From NCBI GenBank assembly GCA_040755995.1, contig JBFMAF010000012.1:1-64000 (forward strand): a DNA stretch of 64,000 nt, in the 5' to 3' direction. The notes beneath the pieces are model-generated. The model made no database searches. It was not told the DNA's origin and was given only the letters and a program-made list of their open reading frames with translations. How positions within the stretch are numbered: position 1 is the stretch's first letter; the number at the start of each line of letters is the position of its first letter. Of the stretch, positions 58,103-64,000 are shown one piece after another. The DNA comes from Acidobacteriota bacterium (GTDB taxonomy: Bacteria; Acidobacteriota; CAIWXX01). A program made the position numbers and the translations under genes.

Positions 58103-59122
58103 ATGAAGACCTATCTCCTCGGAGTGCTGCTCGCGTTTCTTCCAAGGCGCTGGCGGGCTTCTCTTGCGGGAGACGTGCCGATCCATTGGGGTAGGGCCGC
58201 TCTGACGTCCGGGTTTCTGGAGATGCTGGTCGCGTTTGCGCTTCTGGCCGCGTGGTACTTCGCGACCATTCACTCGGCAGTCGATCAGCAGCTTGACGCT
58301 GCCATGACAGCGGCGGAGACCACGGGGAACGTTCCGGGGCGCGGCGGACAGATCATCATCGGCTTCACTGCATGGGCGTACTTCGCAGTGCACCCCCTTA
58401 CGTGGCTCTTGGGCTACCTCGTGTGCGAGGGGCTGGTGCGGACCCTTGCGGCGGCGATCACCGAGGAGCAGCCTGCGTGCCTGTTTCTAGTCGTGATAGA
58501 TCGTGTCGTAGAGAAGACGCGCCGGAGTCTCTACGAGGCCCGCGTGCCGCTCGTTCGGGACCAGGTGATCGTCCCGGCGAATGAACGGAGCTCGTGGGAT
58601 CTCAAGGTGCTTTCGTGCCGCTCGAAGCCCGACTGGAAACACCCGTTGACGATCTCGTACGAGGGCGAGGGATACAAAGTGGTAGCAGACGCGCCGGGGA
58701 CCGATGCGCGGCCGCACGGCTATCTATTGAAACGTCCGGCCGCCGGGGAAGCATTCAGGGGTTTCCAGGCATATCACCCAGAAGACATCCTGCTGACAAG
58801 CGATGACCGTGCGAGCTTCCTCGTCAGCCTCTTCCGCTGGTATCTGAATCTGCTCCGGAAACGCGACGAGGCGCCCCTGGGGGATGTGATCACTCGCGGG
58901 CCAGACGGTGATGATTCTATGGTGCTGGTGGAGTCTCTACGGCCGAAGCCGGAGTGGATGCACGCGCGTACGATTGAATTCGAGGAGCGTCTGTACCGAG
59001 TGGAAACGGCCTACAACGCGACCCGGCCTCGCCCGTTCGGCTACCGCCTGCGGCTGCTGCCTCCGGGCGAGGCTGCGCGAGGCCTCATCCGGTATTCCCC
59101 GGACCTGGACGGTGAACGGTGA
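58103..59122 (+). CDS. Hypothetical membrane protein with a duplicated C-terminal domain
   Basis: An N-terminal TM region followed by two similar units of about 80 aa. Confidence 0.75.
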   Translation: MKTYLLGVLLAFLPRRWRASLAGDVPIHWGRAALTSGFLEMLVAFALLAAWYFATIHSAVDQQLDAAMTAAETTGNVPGRGGQIIIGFTAWAYFAVHPLTWLLGYLVCEGLVRTLAAAITEEQPACLFLVVIDRVVEKTRRSLYEARVPLVRDQVIVPANERSSWDLKVLSCRSKPDWKHPLTISYEGEGYKVVADAPGTDARPHGYLLKRPAAGEAFRGFQAYHPEDILLTSDDRASFLVSLFRWYLNLLRKRDEAPLGDVITRGPDGDDSMVLVESLRPKPEWMHARTIEFEERLYRVETAYNATRPRPFGYRLRLLPPGEAARGLIRYSPDLDGER

Positions 59123-60246
59123 AGTCGAGGCTGCTCTTCATCGACATCGTGCGCGGGCTGGCCGTGCTGGCGATGATCGAGGGGCATGTGAGCAACTCCA
59201 CGATTCTGGACAGCATCAGGCGCACACCGCAGTTTCATCACATCGATCTGTTCAATGGTTTCGTCTCCGCCTGTTTCATTTTCATCTCGGGCTTCTCGTT
59301 GTGCCTGGTGGTGGAGCAGCGGCTCGAGCTCTTCCTGCAGTGGAAAACGCCGCTCTGGCTGCAGATCCGCCGGCTGCTCTTCATCCTAGCGCTCGGCTAC
59401 TGGCTCCATTCTCCTCCCTGGTCGCTCCGCGGGACACTGCAGATGGACCAACGGGCTGTGTTCGGCGTCTTCCGGTGCGACGTGCTCCAGGCTATCACCC
59501 TCTCGCTGTTCTTCTGTCTATTCGTGGCGATGGTCCTGCGGAGACGGGACGCGATCGCGATCGCGCTGGGCGCGCTTGCGCTCTTCGTCGTCTTCTATAC
59601 CCCCTTTCTTTACGACACCGATCCCAACACGTACGTGCCGGCGGTCATCGGCACGTACATCACTGCTCATCACAACCCGTTGTTTCCGCTTTTCCCCTCG
59701 GCGGCCTACACGTTCACCGGCTACTTCTTCTGCTGGCTGTATCTGAGGCTGAGGAGCCGCGGCAAGGACATGCTGCTCTTTTCCGTTCTGCTGCCGGCAG
59801 GTCTCGCGATGCTGGTCGGGGCTCTGGCGCTGTTCTACGCGCCGTGGAGCTATCATGTCTACGCAGACCCGTCCAGGTCCAGCCCGAGGCATTTCATGAT
59901 GAAGCTGGGCGCGGTACTGTTCACGCTGTCGCTGGTCTGGTTCTACGAGAGGCTCCTGAAGCCCAAGCGGTCCTACCTGAACATGGTCGGGCAGGAGTCG
60001 CTCTTCGTCTACGGGCTTCACCTGATGATCGTTTACGGCTGCGTGTTCACGCGGCACAGTTTCGCGCGCGACATCGGAAACTGCCTCACATATCTGCCGT
60101 CATTCACGTTGACGGCCATGCTCATAGCGGCCATGTGCCTCGCCGGTGTCGGCTGGCACGTGCTGAAGCGCGACTATCCGCGGGTCGCGAAGGGGCTGTT
60201 CTACGGGGCGGTCGCATTGTGGACGGTCGGGTTGCTGGTGCGGTAG
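59119..60246 (+). CDS. Membrane acyltransferase-like protein (DUF1624/HGSNAT-like)
   Basis: RLLFIDIVRGLAVLAMIEGH, FIFISG, DVLQ, FPLFP and G..SLFVY.LH. Confidence 0.8.
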   Translation: MKSRLLFIDIVRGLAVLAMIEGHVSNSTILDSIRRTPQFHHIDLFNGFVSACFIFISGFSLCLVVEQRLELFLQWKTPLWLQIRRLLFILALGYWLHSPPWSLRGTLQMDQRAVFGVFRCDVLQAITLSLFFCLFVAMVLRRRDAIAIALGALALFVVFYTPFLYDTDPNTYVPAVIGTYITAHHNPLFPLFPSAAYTFTGYFFCWLYLRLRSRGKDMLLFSVLLPAGLAMLVGALALFYAPWSYHVYADPSRSSPRHFMMKLGAVLFTLSLVWFYERLLKPKRSYLNMVGQESLFVYGLHLMIVYGCVFTRHSFARDIGNCLTYLPSFTLTAMLIAAMCLAGVGWHVLKRDYPRVAKGLFYGAVALWTVGLLVR

Positions 60247-60462
60247 CAGGGCTGCGGCGGCCGTCTCACTCGATGAGGTTCCTGTTTTTCGCGACGGCGG
60301 CGCGTACGAATCGCGATTGGACCTGATCGCTGGCGAGCCCCGCCCATCCCCTTCCAGAGTCAGCCTCCAGCGACTACGCAATTGCCTCCTGAAGCGCACT
60401 GCGACCAGTGAGTGGCTTGACGCGGCCCTCCGGATCCATCGGAGTGCATTGCGCAATGATAG

Positions 60463-60582
60463 GAGTGGCGCCGAAATCCCGCGTTAGTCGTTAGGAGGCC
60501 AGATGGGCCCCGAGGAGAAACGATGACTATGGGGCGAACGCGGGTGGAAGGCCGGCGCCGCCTCGCATCAGCCCGCAAGGGC
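60463..60582 (+). other. Candidate structured leader RNA (unassigned)
   Basis: Nested stems 60467-73/60553-59, 60478-85/60537-44 and 60486-92/60522-28, plus a GCCC-GCAA-GGGC hairpin abutting the RBS. Confidence 0.35.
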
Positions 60583-60595
60583 AAGGAGGTTTGAA

Positions 60596-61063
60596 ATGAT
60601 AGGCCAAGTCCGAGGTGTCAAGCCCCACGCCGGTACAGTTCGAGCTGCTGCAACGGGCGGCCAGGAGGCTAAAGCGAAGGGTGGATCGGTGCTCGACCGG
60701 CAGGAGAAGAGCGTGCTTGTGGAGCGTCCGAAACCGAATGTTATCGAGAGGGCGCAGGCGAACGCCAGGGCCGCGGAGCGGCAGGTACAGGAGGGTCTCG
60801 CGAACACCTGGAAGTCGGCTCACTATACTCCCCAGGCCATCGTGGACGTCGCCAAGGCGGCCGAGACGCCGCGGGGCGAGCAGCAGGGCGGCGGTGGGGG
60901 AGCGCAGCCGGATGCCGCGCCGGCTGACGACATGAACATCAGCCACTCGCATGGCCCGGTTGGACCCTCGGAGAACGAGTACGGCTTCCCTTACAACGGC
61001 CTGGGCATTGGCCACTCGCAGGGTCCGGCTGGTCCGGCGGCTATCGATCCTGAAGGTGAATGA
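60596..61063 (+). CDS. Hypothetical low-complexity protein (155 aa)
   Basis: Strong AAGGAGG RBS and a GC-rich hairpin after the stop. Confidence 0.7.
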   Translation: MIGQVRGVKPHAGTVRAAATGGQEAKAKGGSVLDRQEKSVLVERPKPNVIERAQANARAAERQVQEGLANTWKSAHYTPQAIVDVAKAAETPRGEQQGGGGGAQPDAAPADDMNISHSHGPVGPSENEYGFPYNGLGIGHSQGPAGPAAIDPEGE

Positions 61064-61115
61064 CCGGATTGCCCCCGGGCGTGCCTGGGCACATTCGCTG
61101 GCTCGTCCATCTGAG

Positions 61116-61176
61116 AATCGTGAGATGCGCTGGGCGGCGAGCCGGTGACTGCCGCCTCGGAGCGCTCCCGGGAAGC
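61116..61176 (+). repeat. 61-bp hairpin-forming direct repeat, copy 1
   Basis: 56/61 identical to 63253-63313 by manual alignment. Confidence 0.9.
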
Positions 61177-61567
61177 GGCATTGCGGACGGCGGACCAGTA
61201 CGACATCTGCGGTGTCGAGCGAGTGGGGGCCGGCCACGGAATCCGGAGCCGTGAGATGGGTCGGCAGCTACAACTTGCATGTGCGTGGAATGAAGCTCGA
61301 GTGGCGCTCTCCTCTGGGTCCGCAGACACACCGGGGCTGCAATGGGGAGCGACGGAGGATGGGATGTCGCCCTGGACGACACGGGCGGCGTTCTTGTCTT
61401 TGGCCGCTCGACCAGTACAAGTCCGGCCGCCACGTGCTTCTGGTCAAGCACTGAGGAAACAGCCCTCGACGATAACAGGATTTCCAGAGATAGATCGAGC
61501 CGGCCCCCGGGAGGTCGGGGGAGGCCACCGTCACTCTCGAGTGTGACCAAACCCCGTTCGCGGTACG

Positions 61568-62092
61568 ATGTATGGTGTGGACCTCGAGACCACCTTGCGG
61601 ATGCTTGCACCCGGCCTGTTACGCTTCTGCACCGGGATGATGGGCAGCACCACCGAAGGCGAGGACCTCGCCCAGGAATCCCTTGCGGCTCTTGTCCGCT
61701 TCTGGAAGCGGAGTGGTCCCCCTGATTCGCCGGCGGCGTTTGTCTACTCAGTCGCCCGGCGTCAGGCCGGTCGTTTCCGCCGTCGCTGGAACAGGTTTCT
61801 GCCGCTGGAATGGGGCGGTGCCCAGGCGGAGCCTTCCGTTGATGCCGAGCCTCACTCGATAGACCGGCAGCGCGTCGAGCAGGTCCTGACACTGCTGAAG
61901 AAGCTGCCGAGGCAGCAGAGGGAGGCGCTGCTTGTCGCGCTGGACAGCGATCTGTGCGTCACTGAAGCCGCGCAGGTGCTGGGGATCTCGGTCTCGGCGT
62001 TCAAGATGAGAGTACACCGGGCGCGCCAGTGCCTGAAACACTGGCTGGAGGAGAACCATGGGTGTGAACAACACCAAGAAGACCGCCGGTGA
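61568..62092 (+). CDS. ECF RNA polymerase sigma factor
   Basis: Region 2 EDLAQE and region 4 LP..QREALL...EAAQVLGISVSAFKMRVHRAR. Confidence 0.9.
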   Translation: MYGVDLETTLRMLAPGLLRFCTGMMGSTTEGEDLAQESLAALVRFWKRSGPPDSPAAFVYSVARRQAGRFRRRWNRFLPLEWGGAQAEPSVDAEPHSIDRQRVEQVLTLLKKLPRQQREALLVALDSDLCVTEAAQVLGISVSAFKMRVHRARQCLKHWLEENHGCEQHQEDRR

Positions 62093-62543
62093 AATGAGAC
62101 CGGAAGAGGTCGATGATTGGCTGCGCCACCAACTGGAACCCAGTCCGGAGCAGGCGAGCCGGGTGGTGCAGCGGGCGCTGGCTGCCGAGCGATACATCCC
62201 GGAATCGAGAGGCTTCTCCTGGAGAACCGCGGCTGTTGCCGCCATCTGCGTTTCCGTGTTCGCGGTCCTGCTGGCCGTGATTCTGATGCGGTTCGTCCAC
62301 GAGCGATCCAGGCCTCCCGGCCCGGTCGAAGACGGAAGTGGGTCACCCGAGATCGCCGCCATCATCACGAACCAGTCCGGGCAGGTCGAGCTGCGGCTCC
62401 CCGCGGGCACCGGTCTTCCCGCCGGAGCGGAGCGAATCCCGCCGCGCAGACCCAGTGCAGCGATCTTCAATCTAGACGGCCTGGTGGTCGCCCGAGTGAC
62501 CGACGGTGGCGTGCGGTACATAGTGATCGGAGGTGACAGATGA
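62058..62543 (+). CDS. Putative single-pass anti-sigma factor
   Basis: It overlaps the ECF gene and has one TM helix. Confidence 0.6.
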   Translation: MGVNNTKKTAGEMRPEEVDDWLRHQLEPSPEQASRVVQRALAAERYIPESRGFSWRTAAVAAICVSVFAVLLAVILMRFVHERSRPPGPVEDGSGSPEIAAIITNQSGQVELRLPAGTGLPAGAERIPPRRPSAAIFNLDGLVVARVTDGGVRYIVIGGDR

Positions 62544-63235
62544 ACCAACACACGATCAAGAAGCTGGCCCTGACGGTGGTCGCGGTGGGGTGGCTAGGTG
62601 GTGCGCTGCAGGCTGGAGTCGATGACATGAAGACCAGGATCGACAACGAACGCATCAGCCTGGACCTCAAGGATGCGCCACTGGTCAAGGTCTTCGAAGT
62701 CTACCGGGCGCTGCTCGGCGTGGAGGTCCGCATCCGCTGCGAGCAGGAACGTCGTTTGACCATCGCCTTCGAGAACATCACCGTGCGGACCAGCCTGAGC
62801 GCCATCTGCGAGAGTGCCGGGTTGCGCTGGAGCATCGAGGCGTCCGAGCCGCCGGTGCTGCTGATCGAATGCCGCAGTCCGTCGGCGGCGAGTCAGAAGC
62901 AGGCGCTGAGCCCGGTGAGGCCGGACGGCAAGCCGGTCGCAGGCAGTGACTGGGTGAAGGTACTCAATCCCGACAAGGAGTCCGCGGACCGGCTGGAACT
63001 TGTCCTCAGCATCGAACTCCATGATGCCGAGTTGGAAACGGTGCTCCGCATGGCGGCCCAACTCCTGGACGCAAAGCTGGTCATGGACATCAAGCTGGGT
63101 GGAGCGACGGTGAACCTGAGCTTGGAGAAATCAACGATGCGCCAATTCCTGGACGCCGTCTGCGCCCAGCTGCAGGCCAAGTGGGAGCTCACCAAGAAGG
63201 ATCCGCGGATGCTGATGGTTGAGAAGGCGTTCTGA
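62540..63235 (+). CDS. Secreted protein with two STN/secretin-N-like repeats
   Basis: Signal peptide, then ISLDLKDAPL...L.AICESAGLRW and LSIELHDAEL...LDAVCAQLQAKW. Confidence 0.65.
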   Translation: MNQHTIKKLALTVVAVGWLGGALQAGVDDMKTRIDNERISLDLKDAPLVKVFEVYRALLGVEVRIRCEQERRLTIAFENITVRTSLSAICESAGLRWSIEASEPPVLLIECRSPSAASQKQALSPVRPDGKPVAGSDWVKVLNPDKESADRLELVLSIELHDAELETVLRMAAQLLDAKLVMDIKLGGATVNLSLEKSTMRQFLDAVCAQLQAKWELTKKDPRMLMVEKAF

Positions 63236-63252
63236 GGAACACGCTTACCCGA

Positions 63253-63313
63253 AATCGTGAGATGCGCCGGGCGGCGAGCCGGTGACCGCCGCCCTGGAGC
63301 GTTCCCGGGAAGC
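63253..63313 (+). repeat. 61-bp hairpin-forming direct repeat, copy 2
   Basis: 56/61 identical to 61116-61176. Confidence 0.9.
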
Positions 63314-63397
63314 TGGACTTGCGGACCGCCGGCCGGGAACATAGGGCGCTTTAGCGCCCATTTTTTACCAACATGTTGTCAGGGCACGATAGCATGA

Positions 63398-64000
63398 TCA
63401 AGCCACCAGAGCCAATGACTGAAGGGTTTCGCGGACGTTCTTTCGGATGTTGGTGTAGTGGGTATCTATTGGAGTACGGCTCCGGGAACTGTTGAATTTG
63501 CGGAGGCCGTAGTTGGAGGCGACGAGTGGCCTTATGACCATGTGGTCGAGAATGATCCAGGCGAAGAGTTTGCCGCAATGTTGTAGGACGGGGCGGTAGC
63601 GGGAGGAGTTTTTGATTTTCTCGGCGAACCCCTTGCCTCTGATCTTTTTGAGGTCGTAGGCAGCGTGACGGACGGTGTAGTCGGTAGGAGATCTGCCGGT
63701 GAGCGCCTGGACTTTGGCAGCTAGGTCTCGAGTGGTGAAGCCCTGTGGCGCCGGGGTCCTTCTTCCTCAAGTTTAACCCGTTTTCTCCGTAGCGTTGTAC
63801 TTCCCAGACGGGTGCGGGAGCTTTCGCGACGAGAATCAAAAAGAGACCGAGGCGATCCGGGTCTTTCGCGAGATGCTCCTCGGCGATATGGTCTTTGCGT
63901 TCGCCACTCTTGCAGTAGATAACGGGGACGCCATGTCCCTTGGCCCATCCGCGAACCCGTCGTCCGAAGTGACCCGCCATCCGCATCAGGTGCGTATCGT
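63398..64000 (-). pseudogene. Internally deleted transposase-like remnant (family unassigned)
   Basis: An N-terminal-type segment (WAKGHGVPVI...GERKD.IAEEHL) joins out of frame near 63752 to a C-terminal wHTH-type segment (GFTTRDL...AYDLKKIRGKG...SSRY). GC appears lower than the flanks. Confidence 0.5.

Noticed and set aside
61116..63313. CRISPR array or integron attC sites
   Set aside because: There are only two 61-bp copies 2.1 kb apart, no cas or intI gene, and no attC core boxes.

Overview
A GC-rich bacterial window. The Hanks kinases with TPR or multi-TM tails, TonB, BACON/IPT protein and sulfatase-like lipoprotein suggest Acidobacteriota, which is an inference only. The main find is a complete lasso-peptide (RiPP) gene set at about 6.0-16.0 kb, embedded among glycan-biosynthesis genes. 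It comprises PqqD/RRE (B1), an asparagine-synthetase-like cyclase (C), and a 49-aa precursor missing from the ORF track (8356-8505; leader YSKPELVEYG...TL, predicted core GGTYPQIEGGIYTSG). It also has an HPr-kinase-like kinase, GT2, GT4, a GT2-radical SAM fusion, a nucleotidyltransferase and an opposite-strand B2 protease. Upstream lie FkbM, NodS-like, Stealth and GT32 genes plus several decayed gene fragments. The rest of the window holds two Ser/Thr kinases, an ABC pair, a TA-like two-gene unit, a 5'-nucleotidase, glnA, a Wzx/Wzy operon ending in a Thr-type sulfatase-like gene and a Thr-rich mini-ORF, ferritin and an RND pump. Near the right end are a candidate structured leader RNA, an ECF cassette flanked by 61-bp hairpin direct repeats, and a deleted transposase-like remnant. 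I recognised no rRNA, tRNA or CRISPR array. All calls rest on manual motif recognition; no database searches were run.
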